A stretch of DNA of 64,000 nucleotides from Candidatus Binatia bacterium (GCA_965231775.1 OZ246888.1:338853-402852); one strand, 5' to 3'; positions 39,224 to 50,146 are shown, counted from the first letter of the stretch. Made by a program: numbers and translations. Notes: a model not told the origin generated them from the sequence alone.

Positions 39224-41412
39224 CTGCTTCCTCCTTTTTGGGACAACGGCTCGGGAGCGTCTCTCTGCTCAGGCTCCCCGGATTCAGGTAGAGCGAAGGG
39301 CAGGGGATCGGCAAAGCGGCGTACCACATTGGCCGTAATCTGGGCGATATCGTTGTCATAGCCATTGCGGGCAAGCGACCCAAACCACGAAATCGAGCCC
39401 ACTGAAAACACGGCCCCACCGGCCGGTGTCTCAAAAAACACCAAGTCTGCCCGGACAACCGGGTCAGGGGAGGGCACGACGGTCGATGCATGGATCTCTT
39501 CCTTGGTCCGGGTCATGTCGGGCCCAAACTCGGTTGCGGAAGCGAGGATAAGCGCGTGGGCGGGGGAACCGAGCGTTTGGCTATAGCGATCAACCTCCTG
39601 ACCGGCCGCCCCGCCACCGAGCCCTGAGGTGCCGATCTCTTCAGCCGGCACGCCTGCAAACATCCAGGCGGCACGAGAGGTATAGCTTGCCGCACTACGC
39701 CGATAGCCGATGGCCCGTTCAAAGCCCTGAGCGGCAAACCCCACTCCGACGAGGGTATTCGGCGCCCGACCTAAACGCCGCCACAAGCCGCCGTACTCAC
39801 CGGTAAAGGCGTGGTAAGACTCGCCCGGCTCGGTTTGCCAGTTGCGCACGCCGTCCTCAGCCCGCCGTAATTCGACTGCCCCAGGCCAGGCATCGCTCAG
39901 CGCCACCCGCCAATAAAATCCGTTACCGCCGAGATACATCAACCGCCCCCCCCGCCGCAGCCAGACTTCAAGAGTGTCGAGCATCTGGGTTGACCAATAC
40001 TCTGGGTGGGTGCCGGTCACAATGACTCGGTACGGAGCCAGCGCGGCTATCCCTTCGGCATGGACATCTTCGTCGGCGAGAATATCGTGACCAACCCGGA
40101 GATGGTCGAGGAAGGCGTTAATGTCCGTATCCGGTGTGAAATTCCAACCGTCCGCACCAGGCCGGAGTTGGAGCACCGGGCGGCGTCGAGAGCTGAACAT
40201 GACGCCACTGCCATCCGTGTGTTTCTCATACGTGGAGCGCCCAACTTCAGGATGATGGCGCAGATATTCGTGCTCAGGCCGCAGGCGGGAGCGCGTGGCG
40301 ATAAAGTCTGCGCCTTCAAACAGCATGCGGTGATTGGCGTAGGCCATATAGGTGCAGGAGGACATAAGCAGGGCGACGGCGGCCGTTGGCGCCTGCCGGG
40401 CGGGACGAACGAAAAACGGTATCCGATCCTGGCCCTGAGCGGTTCGGAGGCGAAAGGCATAGATGCCGCTCGCAAGATCAACTGGCAAGGTCAGCTCTGC
40501 GATGGCCGGCCAACCGGCGTCATAGACATCGTCAGTATGAAAATGAATGGCGTCATAATGTGAGGGCATCGCTGTCCAGGCTTGATGGCTGCCGTCCCAA
40601 GCGGGACCGGTGACCGCCCGAGCGGGAAGCTGGTGGAGGAGGCCGTGGCGTTCATGGCCGCTGACCTCAACGATCTGCCTGCCTCCCATGTCTTTGGAGA
40701 AGTCCCATTCCAGGGTCGTCGCATCAAGTGTCAGCACGGGTCTGGCAAGGCGACCGTCGAAGCGAGCGCCGTCAGCGGAAGCCGCGAACAAACAGCACTG
40801 GAGCGGTCCCGTTGGGATTTCGCTGAGTGAGGTGCGAGCGATGTGGGGCTCGAATCGCTCAAAGATGTCCTGGCCAGGTGAACGGCTGGGCTGGGGGGTG
40901 AGTGTTCCGGTAACAACTCCGTCCTTCAGGTCCGCCGTGATTTCGACTTGGTACCAGCGCTTGGCCTGGAGGGGTTGCTCTCGGAGCAGCAGCTCGGTCT
41001 TCCCCATGCGCGTAACAAGACGCCTCTTTGACAGCGCAAGTACCAGAATCGGTCCGGATTCAGCGACGACCGAAAACAGGGTCTGATCTTGGTCTGGGCG
41101 CGTCGCGAAGACGTGCACCTTGAATTTTATCTGTCGCGTTACCGAGAAACCCGACAGATCAACTGCGCCGTAAGAGCCGGGCTGTACACACTGCTCATGC
41201 AGCCCGACCTCGGTGGGGAGATCGCTCGGCACTTCGATTTCCTTGAAACCAGGTCCGCTCCGGGTCGGGTCGCCACAGATAATACGGACGAGATCGAGTC
41301 GGGCAGGGCCGGGCGTGTGGCTGGAGGCCATACAGCGGATCGATTCCCCGGCGCGGAGTGAAAGGGGTTCACAGTAGCCGGTAATGGTCTTTGTGTTCTG
41401 GGGATCGTCCAT
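39220..41412 (-). CDS. hypothetical protein, N,N-dimethylformamidase large-subunit (DmfA2)-like
   Basis: Large protein. Resemblance to the DmfA2-like family is from recollection only. Confidence 0.35.
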   Translation of the reverse strand: MDDPQNTKTITGYCEPLSLRAGESIRCMASSHTPGPARLDLVRIICGDPTRSGPGFKEIEVPSDLPTEVGLHEQCVQPGSYGAVDLSGFSVTRQIKFKVHVFATRPDQDQTLFSVVAESGPILVLALSKRRLVTRMGKTELLLREQPLQAKRWYQVEITADLKDGVVTGTLTPQPSRSPGQDIFERFEPHIARTSLSEIPTGPLQCCLFAASADGARFDGRLARPVLTLDATTLEWDFSKDMGGRQIVEVSGHERHGLLHQLPARAVTGPAWDGSHQAWTAMPSHYDAIHFHTDDVYDAGWPAIAELTLPVDLASGIYAFRLRTAQGQDRIPFFVRPARQAPTAAVALLMSSCTYMAYANHRMLFEGADFIATRSRLRPEHEYLRHHPEVGRSTYEKHTDGSGVMFSSRRRPVLQLRPGADGWNFTPDTDINAFLDHLRVGHDILADEDVHAEGIAALAPYRVIVTGTHPEYWSTQMLDTLEVWLRRGGRLMYLGGNGFYWRVALSDAWPGAVELRRAEDGVRNWQTEPGESYHAFTGEYGGLWRRLGRAPNTLVGVGFAAQGFERAIGYRRSAASYTSRAAWMFAGVPAEEIGTSGLGGGAAGQEVDRYSQTLGSPAHALILASATEFGPDMTRTKEEIHASTVVPSPDPVVRADLVFFETPAGGAVFSVGSISWFGSLARNGYDNDIAQITANVVRRFADPLPFALPESGEPEQRDAPEPLSQKGGSR

Positions 41413-41994
41413 TTACCGAACTTTGCCTGCTTGTGTTGCTTCGGGCACCTCTTCAAGCCTGCCCGTTTTGACGTCGTAGATATAACCGTAGATGGGGATA
41501 TCGCCGGGAACCAAGGGATGATTGCGGATGCGCGTTACGTCTTCGACCAGACTTTGTGCGCTGTCGGAGATCGTCAGCCAATCGACATAGCTGCCCTCTG
41601 TCGAACCGGGCCCCTGACCCGAGTCCTGCCAGCCGGAATCACCTATACTGGCGGTCCGCAGGCTGCTGGCCAGGAGATTGCGCATCACCTCATCGGTGAA
41701 GGTTTCCATGCCGCACTGGGTGTGATGAATCACAAACCATTCCCGCGTCCCCAGGAGTTTATACGAAATCACCAAGGAGCGGATGGCGTCATCACTCGCC
41801 CGTCCACCCGCGTTGCGGATCACATGCGCGTCGCCCTCCGCCAAGCCGGCGTATTGGGCGGGATCGAGCCGGGCGTCCATACAGGTCAGAATGGCAAAAC
41901 GTCTGCCGGGCGGGGCTGGCAGGTCGGCCTTCTTGCCAAAATCTTTCGCGTAGGCGGCGTTGGCCGCAAGGACTTCATCTCGAATCTGACTCAT
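41413..41994 (-). CDS. beta-class carbonic anhydrase
   Basis: [10 protein letters not shown] (CxDxR) and HTQCG motifs. Confidence 0.8.
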   Translation of the reverse strand: MSQIRDEVLAANAAYAKDFGKKADLPAPPGRRFAILTCMDARLDPAQYAGLAEGDAHVIRNAGGRASDDAIRSLVISYKLLGTREWFVIHHTQCGMETFTDEVMRNLLASSLRTASIGDSGWQDSGQGPGSTEGSYVDWLTISDSAQSLVEDVTRIRNHPLVPGDIPIYGYIYDVKTGRLEEVPEATQAGKVR

Positions 41995-42135
41995 CAGGCG
42001 TCTCCTTTGCTGACACGTTGGTATACCGGATTATCGGGTCGCTGTCGTAGGCCCGCGTATGGGTGTGCCACCCGGCAGACGTTAGCCGTATAAACTGATA
42101 TGCCTCGACGAAAAGTAACGGAAAGGAAATCACGC

Positions 42136-42750
42136 ATGGCAAAACCTAAGCTGTACGGAATTTCGGGCTCGCGGGCGATACGTTCGCTCTGGGCTATTGA
42201 GGAGGTGGGCATCGAGTATGAGCACGTCTCGGTCAATTTCATGGACGAGTCGAAGAAGCCGGAGTATCTGGCGGTGAATCCGAACGGTCGTATTCCGGCC
42301 CTACAAGACGGCGAGGTGACCCTGTTTGAGTCCATGGCGATCAATCTCTATCTGGCCAAAACCTACGGCGGTGATCTCTATCCCCGTAATCCTGCCAATG
42401 AAGCCCTGGTTTGGCAATGGAGTGTGTGGGTCATGACCGAGATCGAGTCGGCGCAGATGGACATCGTGGTCCAAAAGTTTTTTACGCCCGAGGAAAAGCG
42501 CGACGCGGCTGTCCTCGTCGCTGCCGAGAAAACCCTGGCCCGACCCTTGAAGGTGCTTGACGACACCTTGGCCAATAAAGACTGGCTGCTTGGGGATGCC
42601 TTCAGCATCGCCGATCTCAACGTCTCCGGGGTGATGCTGATTTTAGCGATGGTGAAATTCGATTCCTCGGCCTACGCCAACGTGCAGCGCTGGACGGAGG
42701 CGTGCTATGCCCGGCCCTCGCTTGATCGGGCCAAGGCGGTGGGCAAGTAG
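42136..42750 (+). CDS. glutathione S-transferase
   Basis: N-terminal thioredoxin-like GST fold (KLYG...RIPALQDG..LFES). Confidence 0.75.
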   Translation: MAKPKLYGISGSRAIRSLWAIEEVGIEYEHVSVNFMDESKKPEYLAVNPNGRIPALQDGEVTLFESMAINLYLAKTYGGDLYPRNPANEALVWQWSVWVMTEIESAQMDIVVQKFFTPEEKRDAAVLVAAEKTLARPLKVLDDTLANKDWLLGDAFSIADLNVSGVMLILAMVKFDSSAYANVQRWTEACYARPSLDRAKAVGK

Positions 42751-42777
42751 GCTGCCGGAGACGCTCCGGTTCTCTTT

Positions 42778-43731
42778 TTACAGGCCGCGTAAAAAGCGCA
42801 GGATACAGGCGGTTGTTTCCTGCGGCTTTTCCGCCTGCACCCAATGCCCGGCGCCGTCAATGATTTCGAGCATGCGCAGGTCTTCAAACGCAGCTGGAAA
42901 CGTGGCGCGCCAGTCGGGATCGTAGAGCAGGACATCATCCGCCGCCCCGGCCACAAAGGCCGCCGGCTGGGAGAATTTTTTGCCTTCGAGCTCGGGCGTA
43001 ATGCCGTTATTCGTCGGGATATTGCGGTACCAGTTGACCGGCCCTCTGAAACCGCTCGTCCGGTACTGCTCGACGTAATAGTCGAGGTCTTCCCGTGTGA
43101 GCCAGCCTGGAAGTTGTTTTGGCTCGGGCAGCGCGTCCAGCAGGCCGCTCGACCGGGGGTGCTCCAGTTGCTTCATCCAACTCTGCACCGGCGCGTCGGC
43201 GCAGAGCCCGTAGTAGAGAATGCGCAGGCTGCGTTCCAGATCCTTTTCAAGCTCGGCTTCAACCCGGCCTTCTTCCTGAAAATAGCGCATATACCAGAAC
43301 TGGTCGTCCATGCCCGGCGGATTCAGCGCGGCATCCGTCATCCGCCAAAAGGGAACGGACAGGCCCATCACGGCCGTACAGCTATCCTCGTGCAGCAGGG
43401 CGGTATTCCAGGCCACAACACAGCCCCAATCATGGCCGATGAGGGTGAATTCATCATAGCCCAGGGCTGGAGCGATGCCAGCCACATCGGCGGCCAGCGT
43501 ACGAATATTGTAATCCGAAATATCGGGCGGACACTCACTGCCGCCATAGCCGCGTTGGTCGGGTACGGCGACGCGATAGCCCGCCGCCACGAGCGGGTCA
43601 ATCTGGTGTCGCCACAGATACCAGCACTGCGGCCAACCGTGGAGCAGAATCACCAGCGGTCCATCGCCCTCCACAACAGTCCGCAGCCGGACTCCGTTGG
43701 TTTGAATCATCTCAAAATTGCGATCGATCAT
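42778..43731 (-). CDS. alpha/beta hydrolase (epoxide hydrolase-like)
   Basis: HGWP motif and GHDWG nucleophile elbow. Confidence 0.75.
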   Translation of the reverse strand: MIDRNFEMIQTNGVRLRTVVEGDGPLVILLHGWPQCWYLWRHQIDPLVAAGYRVAVPDQRGYGGSECPPDISDYNIRTLAADVAGIAPALGYDEFTLIGHDWGCVVAWNTALLHEDSCTAVMGLSVPFWRMTDAALNPPGMDDQFWYMRYFQEEGRVEAELEKDLERSLRILYYGLCADAPVQSWMKQLEHPRSSGLLDALPEPKQLPGWLTREDLDYYVEQYRTSGFRGPVNWYRNIPTNNGITPELEGKKFSQPAAFVAGAADDVLLYDPDWRATFPAAFEDLRMLEIIDGAGHWVQAEKPQETTACILRFLRGL

Positions 43732-44660
43732 AGATTCCCCTTGTCTGCGGCGTCCGCGCTCGCCGCTCCGGTCAGGCCGGTCGCGGTTTGGATTTCCCGG
43801 CGCAGCTCCGCGCTGCCCAGGCCTTCTCCGTCTTGCTCACGGCCCAGGGCGTATTGTGGTCCGATGGACTCGGGGCCTTCTCCCGGTGGCAGTGGCGGCG
43901 TGTAATAGCCCAGGGCGTAACTCCCCAGCGTATAGCCGAGCAGGTCCTGCAATTCTGTTGATAGGGTTTTTGCAATCTCGGGCGGACAGGACAGGTACTG
44001 GTTTTCCTCCTGGCGTAGCCAGGCCAGCGAGTAGGTGATGTTCAGGCCGATACGGTCGTCGTCCGAGTCATTCGTGCCTGCGGCGTGCAAGACCGAGCCG
44101 GTATACAGCAGCACCGAGCCTCGCGTCATCTCGGCCTGAGCAATTTCGTCCTTGTCCGCCCGACGCCCGTCCGGCCAGTCCGGACTGCCCGGAATAACCC
44201 GCGTTGCGCCGTTTTTACGGGTAAAATCCGTCAGTGCCCACATGGTGTTGAACTGGGGCTCGATGCCTTTCAGATACGTTCCCCAGGCCCAGCGGTCCCG
44301 GTGGATCGCCTGCTTGGGTTGGCCGGGTCGGATGCGAATAATCTGGCCGAGATGAAGTTGAATGCGGGAGCAGTAGGGTGCCAGAAAGGTCCGGGCAGCT
44401 TTCAACACTGATTGATTGGTCACCAGGTCGCAGCACGCCGGCGAGCGGGCCACCAGCGCGCCTGTGCGTGTGGTCCGAAGGCCAACGAAAGGGTCCTGGC
44501 CGTTGCGCGTGGCGTCAATATACGGTCCGGTTTCGTTCAGAACCTGATCGACCCCGGCAGGGGTGAGCATATCCTTCAGGATAACCGCTCCGTCCCTTTC
44601 AATGATCGGGAGAATGTCCGTGGTGTCTGCCGTTGCCGGAAGGGTTGTCAGGTGTGCCAT
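43728..44660 (-). CDS. phytanoyl-CoA dioxygenase (PhyH) family protein
   Basis: Fe/2OG dioxygenase-like pattern. Moderate certainty. Confidence 0.5.
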   Translation of the reverse strand: MAHLTTLPATADTTDILPIIERDGAVILKDMLTPAGVDQVLNETGPYIDATRNGQDPFVGLRTTRTGALVARSPACCDLVTNQSVLKAARTFLAPYCSRIQLHLGQIIRIRPGQPKQAIHRDRWAWGTYLKGIEPQFNTMWALTDFTRKNGATRVIPGSPDWPDGRRADKDEIAQAEMTRGSVLLYTGSVLHAAGTNDSDDDRIGLNITYSLAWLRQEENQYLSCPPEIAKTLSTELQDLLGYTLGSYALGYYTPPLPPGEGPESIGPQYALGREQDGEGLGSAELRREIQTATGLTGAASADAADKGNL

Positions 44661-44694
44661 GATGCTCTCCTTCTAAATTTCTCCTGATCCATCG

Positions 44695-46314
44695 TTATGA
44701 GCTGCACGACAGCATGGAACAGCCGGGACGCTGGCGGGCCCAGTCGGGCCGTTTTTGGGCGTAGGCTTCTTGGTCCGGCTGCTCACCATAGGGATGGCGG
44801 AGGAGTTCCAGCAAGTCGTGCACCATGGAGGGGTCGCCCTGCTCGGCCTTGTCGATAGCGAGCTGGGCGAGATAGTTGCGGAGCACATATTTTGGGTTGA
44901 CGGCGTTCATCCGTTTTCGGCGCGTCTCGTTATCCGTTCCATCTTCCCTCACCCGGTCGTGATAGCGGCGTAGCCACGCGGCGATGCGGGTCGTTGTCTC
45001 CGGGGTTAGCTGTTCCGGGACGTAATAGGCGTCGAACAGGGGTTGTATGAAAGTGGCATCGTCGATCTGGTCTACAGGTTTGGCACCGAGCTCAAGGCTC
45101 GCCAGCCGTCGATAGAAGATAGTCATATCGGTCTCGGCCAGTTGCAAAATATCCAGCAGGCCGGCGACCAAGATGTCGTCCAGGTCGGGCTTGAAGGCTT
45201 GAAGGCCCAGTTTGTGGGCCATCATGGCTTGCCAGCACGACTCAAATTCCTGGCCGTAACTCTTCAGCGCTTTTTCCAGCGGTTCCGTCTGTTCAATCAG
45301 GGGGTAAATCGCGTTGGCAAGCTGAACCAGGTTCCAATGGGCAATCTGGGGCTGTTTGCCAAAGGCGTAGCGATGACCCGCGGCATCGGTGGTATTGGGC
45401 GTCCAGTTGGAGTCATAGTTTTCCAGCCAGCCGTACGGGCCGTAGTCTATCGTCAACCCCAGGATGGACATATTATCCGTGTTCATGACCCCGTGGACAA
45501 AGCCGACCCGCAGCCAGTGTACGATCATCTGGGCGGTTGTCCGGCAGACCTCCTCGAACCAAGCCAGATAGGTCGCCTGGGACGGCTCGCCCAGGTGAGG
45601 AAAGTCGGTGCGGATTGTGTAGTCTACCAACTGTTGTAATACGTCGATTTCCCCTCGGGCGGCAAAGATCTGAAAATTGCCAAAGCGCACAAAAGACGGT
45701 GCGACCCGACACACCACGGCTCCCGGCTCGGGTTTGGGGTTGCCATCGTAAAACATATCGCGGACGACGTGTTCACCCGTTGAGACCAGGCTGAGCGCCC
45801 GAGTGGTCGGGACACCGAGGTGGTACATGGCTTCGCTGCACAAGAACTCGCGGATGGACGAGCGCAGGACGGCCAGTCCGTCCGCGCTGCGCGAATAGGG
45901 CGTCAGGCCAGCACCCTTGAGCTGGACCGCCCAGTGTTTTCCGGTCGGACCGACGATCTCGCCCAGGTTAATGGCCCGGCCATCCCCGAGTTGCCCGGCC
46001 CAGTTGCCAAACTGATGACCGCCGTAACACATTGCGTAGGGGTCCATGCTGTCCAACACCCGATTCCCAGAGAAGATGTGTGGAAAATCGTCCGACTCGC
46101 AAAACGCGCGGGAAAGGCCCAATTCCTCGGCCACTTCCCAGGCGTAGGCAACCAACTGGGGTTGAGCGACCTGCGTCGGTTGGACACGGGAATAACACGC
46201 CCGCGTGACCTGACGGCGGGCGGTTCCGGTTTGAGGGTCGGCGGGCAATTCCCGCGTAAAGCGATTGTCGAAGGTGAGCGTCTCGTGCGGCTGGTATTCC
46301 TGTTGGGCATTCAT
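44695..46314 (-). CDS. selO: protein adenylyltransferase SelO (YdiU/UPF0061)
   Basis: Characteristic SelO kinase-like motifs (HGVMNTDNMSILGLTIDYGP). Confidence 0.8.
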   Translation of the reverse strand: MNAQQEYQPHETLTFDNRFTRELPADPQTGTARRQVTRACYSRVQPTQVAQPQLVAYAWEVAEELGLSRAFCESDDFPHIFSGNRVLDSMDPYAMCYGGHQFGNWAGQLGDGRAINLGEIVGPTGKHWAVQLKGAGLTPYSRSADGLAVLRSSIREFLCSEAMYHLGVPTTRALSLVSTGEHVVRDMFYDGNPKPEPGAVVCRVAPSFVRFGNFQIFAARGEIDVLQQLVDYTIRTDFPHLGEPSQATYLAWFEEVCRTTAQMIVHWLRVGFVHGVMNTDNMSILGLTIDYGPYGWLENYDSNWTPNTTDAAGHRYAFGKQPQIAHWNLVQLANAIYPLIEQTEPLEKALKSYGQEFESCWQAMMAHKLGLQAFKPDLDDILVAGLLDILQLAETDMTIFYRRLASLELGAKPVDQIDDATFIQPLFDAYYVPEQLTPETTTRIAAWLRRYHDRVREDGTDNETRRKRMNAVNPKYVLRNYLAQLAIDKAEQGDPSMVHDLLELLRHPYGEQPDQEAYAQKRPDWARQRPGCSMLSCSS

Positions 46315-46323
46315 GCCGACACG

Positions 46324-46434
46324 TTAGCCCAGCGTGGGAGAGCGCTCAAGGCGTGTAGAGCCGGGGATTCTCTTGTCAGACGACCTATACGGGGGGATGA
46401 ACGGCGTTACATGGGTGTCGAGCAGCAGAGTCAC
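46324..46434 (-). pseudogene. truncated PIN/VapC toxin stub (36 codons)
   Basis: GTG overlaps the antitoxin stop (GTGA). Begins VTLLLDTHV, the VapC N-terminal motif, then terminates. SelO starts 10 nt further on. Confidence 0.4.
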
Positions 46435-46664
46435 GCCAACATGTCCCAGTCGTCGGTCGAGTCAGTGTAGACGAGGTCGCCGTGAATAGTCATCTGGCCC
46501 TTCAGCCCACCGAGTTGTTTGCCCGCAGGAAGTTCTGCGAACGGCTGGATGGCCACAAGGGGTTTTCCACGCAGCGTCACGATCATGGGCTCGCGGGAAC
46601 ACTGGACTTCCTTGAGTACAGCTATGCACTTTGCTTTGAATTCAGACACGAGCATTGTCTTCAT
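46431..46664 (-). CDS. Phd/YefM-type antitoxin (VapB-like)
   Basis: MKTMLVSEFKAKCIAVLKEV...PMIVTLRGKPLVAIQP is a typical prevent-host-death family antitoxin. Confidence 0.65.
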   Translation of the reverse strand: MKTMLVSEFKAKCIAVLKEVQCSREPMIVTLRGKPLVAIQPFAELPAGKQLGGLKGQMTIHGDLVYTDSTDDWDMLA

Positions 46665-46806
46665 GGGAAAATCCTAATCGGGTCAAGTTGAAGTGAAGTG
46701 TCGACGAACGTCATTCTTTAGTATGTCAGACCTTCTCTCTTCTTGAGATGCGTGCAAAATTGAGGGGCTGTGTTGTCAGCCTGTTCGAGTGTAAGCCGCG
46801 GGCTTT

Positions 46807-47301
46807 TTACGGCGTCTCCGATTCTCCATAGAGCGGTTCCGCTACTGGCTCCGTGTCATACTTGCGCATTAACTCGAGGAGGGCGCGTTGGTCCGGCGGT
46901 TTTCCGTCTTTGGTGAGTTCGGCCAGACCCTCGAAATATTTCTCGCGCGAGTCGGCCGGACAAAACATGATCAACAATACTGAGCGCTGCGCGCCTGGGT
47001 TGGAGAAGGCGTGTATCGCTTCCTTGGGGACGAGGGCGGTCGTTCCGGCCTGGGCCGTCATCTTCTCGTCCCCGACGAGGAGTTCGATTGCGCCCTCGAC
47101 CACGTAGAATATTTCCGCCATCTGGCGGTGAATATGGCGGCGCGGTCCCTCAGTCCCAGGTTCCATCGTATACTCGAACAGACCGAAATGACCCTCGGTG
47201 TCTTTTCCCCTCACCTTAAAGGTACACCGGGTGCCGGTCCCAATGGCTACCGAGTCGCCCTCTCCCCGCTGAAGCACGATGGCAGAATCAGGCAGTGTCA
47301 T
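46807..47301 (-). CDS. cupin domain protein
   Basis: RBS aaggagag precedes the ATG at 47301. Cupin motifs. Confidence 0.65.
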   Translation of the reverse strand: MTLPDSAIVLQRGEGDSVAIGTGTRCTFKVRGKDTEGHFGLFEYTMEPGTEGPRRHIHRQMAEIFYVVEGAIELLVGDEKMTAQAGTTALVPKEAIHAFSNPGAQRSVLLIMFCPADSREKYFEGLAELTKDGKPPDQRALLELMRKYDTEPVAEPLYGESETP

Positions 47302-47311
47302 CCCGCTCTCC

Positions 47312-48472
47312 TTACACGACCCCAAAGACCTGCTCGACCGCAGCCTGAATAGGCTTGAAGGTCACCGTGGGATTATGGACCATGCGGTTGTGACAGATCG
47401 CCACCGCTAGGCGCGCGTCCGGGTCGGCCCAGGCAATCGCTCCGCCGGCACCCGGATGAAACACTGTATGTGGATTCAAACCTGCCAGGCGAAACGGATA
47501 TTTGGGATCTTTCACCCCACCGACCCACAGCCCGGCGGTCCCCATGCGGATCGCCATGCCCAGCACCGTGTCCGGCTGATCGGTATCGGGACGTGGGGTG
47601 CTGAACGTCTTCACCCGATCTTCGGACAGTAAGCGCACGCCGTCCAGTTCTCCGCCATTGGCCAGCATGGCAAATAGCCGGGCTGAGCTGCGGGCGTTCA
47701 TAATGCCGTGGGCACCCGGAATGCAGCCGCGTCGCATATCGGAACGGCCGAAGACCTCCTCAGTCGCTCCGACCTGAGGCGGCATGGCACGCAGGATCGG
47801 CGCATCTGCCGGTAAGGGCAGTGGAGGCGCGTTCTTCAGCCGAGCCACGTGCGGTTCGGCTTCTTCAGGAATCCCGATCCAGAGATCCGTCATGCCAAGC
47901 GGCGCACATATCTCTTCCTGTACGAACGTGCTGTATGGCCGATGTTTGGGATCGGTCCGGCGCACGCACTCGGCAATGACCCAGCCGAAGGTGTAACACA
48001 TATAGGCATTCTGCGTGCCGGCCGCAAAGATCGGCTTCATATTAGCCAGTTGATCGACCATCCAGTCATAATTGCTCATGAGTTCGGGCGTGACGCCCTC
48101 GGGCATATACGGAATGCCCAGGCGGTGGCTCAGCGCATCCCGGACGGTGGCGGTGTCTTTGCCGTGCGCCGCGAACTCGGGCCAGTAGTGCGCAATCGGC
48201 GTGTCATACTCAATCAAGCCCCGTTCGGCCTGGAGGTGGAGCGCAGTTGCCGTGGTCGCCTTGATGACAGAGAAGGAGGGGAAGAGCGTATCCCCATCGA
48301 CTGCTCGTCCAGTGGTCTCGTCGGCAATACCACCCCAGACATCCACGACTTGCTCGCCATCGAGATACACGGCAACTTGCATCCCAAGCTCACCGTTCTC
48401 CTGGAGCGTGGTTGCAACGGCCTGTTGAAAAATGCTGTTTGCCTCTGGTTTACGTTCCGCCGTCGCTGGCAT
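47312..48472 (-). CDS. serine hydrolase (beta-lactamase/esterase family)
   Basis: SVIK (SxxK) active-site motif. RBS aagggggg precedes the ATG. Confidence 0.75.
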   Translation of the reverse strand: MPATAERKPEANSIFQQAVATTLQENGELGMQVAVYLDGEQVVDVWGGIADETTGRAVDGDTLFPSFSVIKATTATALHLQAERGLIEYDTPIAHYWPEFAAHGKDTATVRDALSHRLGIPYMPEGVTPELMSNYDWMVDQLANMKPIFAAGTQNAYMCYTFGWVIAECVRRTDPKHRPYSTFVQEEICAPLGMTDLWIGIPEEAEPHVARLKNAPPLPLPADAPILRAMPPQVGATEEVFGRSDMRRGCIPGAHGIMNARSSARLFAMLANGGELDGVRLLSEDRVKTFSTPRPDTDQPDTVLGMAIRMGTAGLWVGGVKDPKYPFRLAGLNPHTVFHPGAGGAIAWADPDARLAVAICHNRMVHNPTVTFKPIQAAVEQVFGVV

Positions 48473-48517
48473 GGATTGTTCCCCCCTTTTCTCTGACGTA
48501 CACGTCTTACTGCTGGT

Positions 48518-48631
48518 TTGACTCTTCCTCCTGAGCGGCCTCGTCTCGTATCCGGTCTGCCCGTTGGGCGAGCAGGCCGACCAGAACCAAAGCGATAAGA
48601 AAGAACGCGGTTATCGCAAGGATGGTAGTCA
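48518..48631 (-). CDS. possible 37-aa single-TM peptide
   Basis: Strong RBS gaaggaggg lies 5 nt upstream of the ATG. Translates as MTTILAITAFFLIALVLVGLLAQRADRIRDEAAQEEESNQQ. Below the ORF-track size cut-off. Confidence 0.3.
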
Positions 48632-48713
48632 TGAAACCCTCCTTCACTCAGTCTCTTCTTTACCTCTCTACTCCTTCTCACTACTGGAAATCAACGCTTT
48701 CGAGCGAGTTTTG

Positions 48714-49991
48714 TCACGGCCGCGCGGCATCTCCGCCATGCCGGTTAGGATCGAGGACTTCGGTTTTGATCGTCACGATCGAGGTGAACCACTGCTCCAT
48801 GCTCGTCGCGTCCATGTGCGACCAGTCGGGAATTTCCAGGACGAGCGCGCGTCCGAGCTGATTGCCAAATCTCACCAAGTCGTTGTTGGTGTCGGTCCGG
48901 GTTGTGTCCCACTGGTTGAGAGCCGCTTCGAATGAGCTATGAGTCGTGAGTGCTTCGCCCAGGGCGATGGCATCGTTAATCCCTTTGAGTGCGCCGGCAG
49001 CGGTGTGTGGGCGGGCGAAGGCCCCGGCGTCGCCGACCAAACAGACCCGGCCTTTGCGATAGGCTGGGACTTCACAATCATAAATGGCGTAGGCAAAGGT
49101 GTCCCGGCAGGTAGCGACGATCTCGGCATAATAGTCGGGTAGCCGTTCGGAGGCGCGCCGTTTCAACTCGGCTTCCGTGGCCAAGGGCATACCACCGGGG
49201 GGGAGCGATCCCGAGTGTACGTGGCCGTCTTTGTCAGTCAGAAAATCCGTCAGCCGGGAGGCGGCAACCGGGACATACATCCCCCAATTTACCAGACGCT
49301 TGCCCGGCGCAACCGCTCCGTCCAAGCCTGGCACAAAGTAAAAAATGCCGTGCCCGCCCGGATAGCCCAAACAGCGTACGCCGCTTGCGAGCGGCTGTGA
49401 TTCTTCAAGTTCCTCCTCAAGCAGGAAGCCCCGCCACAAGACATAGCCGGCATACCGCAGGGCGATATCGGGGAAGAGGGTACGCCGGCCCAGCGAGGTG
49501 TAGCCATCCGCACAGACCACCAGATCAAATACAGCCGTGGACCCATCGGCCAACTCCACCCGGACCGTCCCATCGGGTCGCTGGTGCAAGGCCACGGCTT
49601 GCTGCCCTGAGCGATATACCCTGTCCGGAACGCGTTTGCGCAGGTTTCTATACAACCCGCCCCAGTTGAGCAAGGCCAGATTTGCGGGCTGGTCCCAGGC
49701 AAGATAGCCGTAGCGGCGCTCTTTTTCTGTGCGCCAGATACGCGTGAAGGCATGACCGGCGAAGAAGGGGGTATCGGCGTCAACCAGGTCACGCTCAATG
49801 AAGGTGTCCATGACCGAGGGCGGAACGCCGATACCCGCCCCTCTATCCTTCAAGGTGTCGCCCGTGCGCTCTAAAAGCGTGACCTCGCAGCCTGCCCGCA
49901 GCAGTTCGATCGCCGCAGTACAGCCGGCAATTGACCCGCCGATAATGCCGACTCGGAGTCCTTGTGTGAGTGTACTGTTTGTTGCTGGCAT
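48714..49991 (-). CDS. FAD-dependent monooxygenase
   Basis: VGIIGGSIAGCTAA dinucleotide-binding motif. RBS gaggaggggg precedes the ATG at 49991. Confidence 0.75.
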   Translation of the reverse strand: MPATNSTLTQGLRVGIIGGSIAGCTAAIELLRAGCEVTLLERTGDTLKDRGAGIGVPPSVMDTFIERDLVDADTPFFAGHAFTRIWRTEKERRYGYLAWDQPANLALLNWGGLYRNLRKRVPDRVYRSGQQAVALHQRPDGTVRVELADGSTAVFDLVVCADGYTSLGRRTLFPDIALRYAGYVLWRGFLLEEELEESQPLASGVRCLGYPGGHGIFYFVPGLDGAVAPGKRLVNWGMYVPVAASRLTDFLTDKDGHVHSGSLPPGGMPLATEAELKRRASERLPDYYAEIVATCRDTFAYAIYDCEVPAYRKGRVCLVGDAGAFARPHTAAGALKGINDAIALGEALTTHSSFEAALNQWDTTRTDTNNDLVRFGNQLGRALVLEIPDWSHMDATSMEQWFTSIVTIKTEVLDPNRHGGDAARP

Positions 49992-50146
49992 GGCCCCCTC
50001 CTCTGACGTTGTGTCCCCCCTACCACAAGTCCCTATAGAAATCACTGTTTCGCCTGCTTTCTTGAAAAGAGAGAGAGCTTTCCGTACTCTGGGCCGCAAG
50101 CGTTTGTATGTAATCCTCGATCCGATCTGGAACGGAGAGCAACAGA

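Noticed and set aside
44695-46314. SelO as evidence of selenium metabolism
   Set aside because: Bacterial SelO is an AMPylating pseudokinase and is not a selenoprotein. It is not used as support for the selenoprotein call at 13799-14608.
48564-48935. 123-aa plus-strand ORF
   Set aside because: It overlaps both the small RBS-supported peptide and the FAD-monooxygenase 3' end on the opposite strand. It has no motif.
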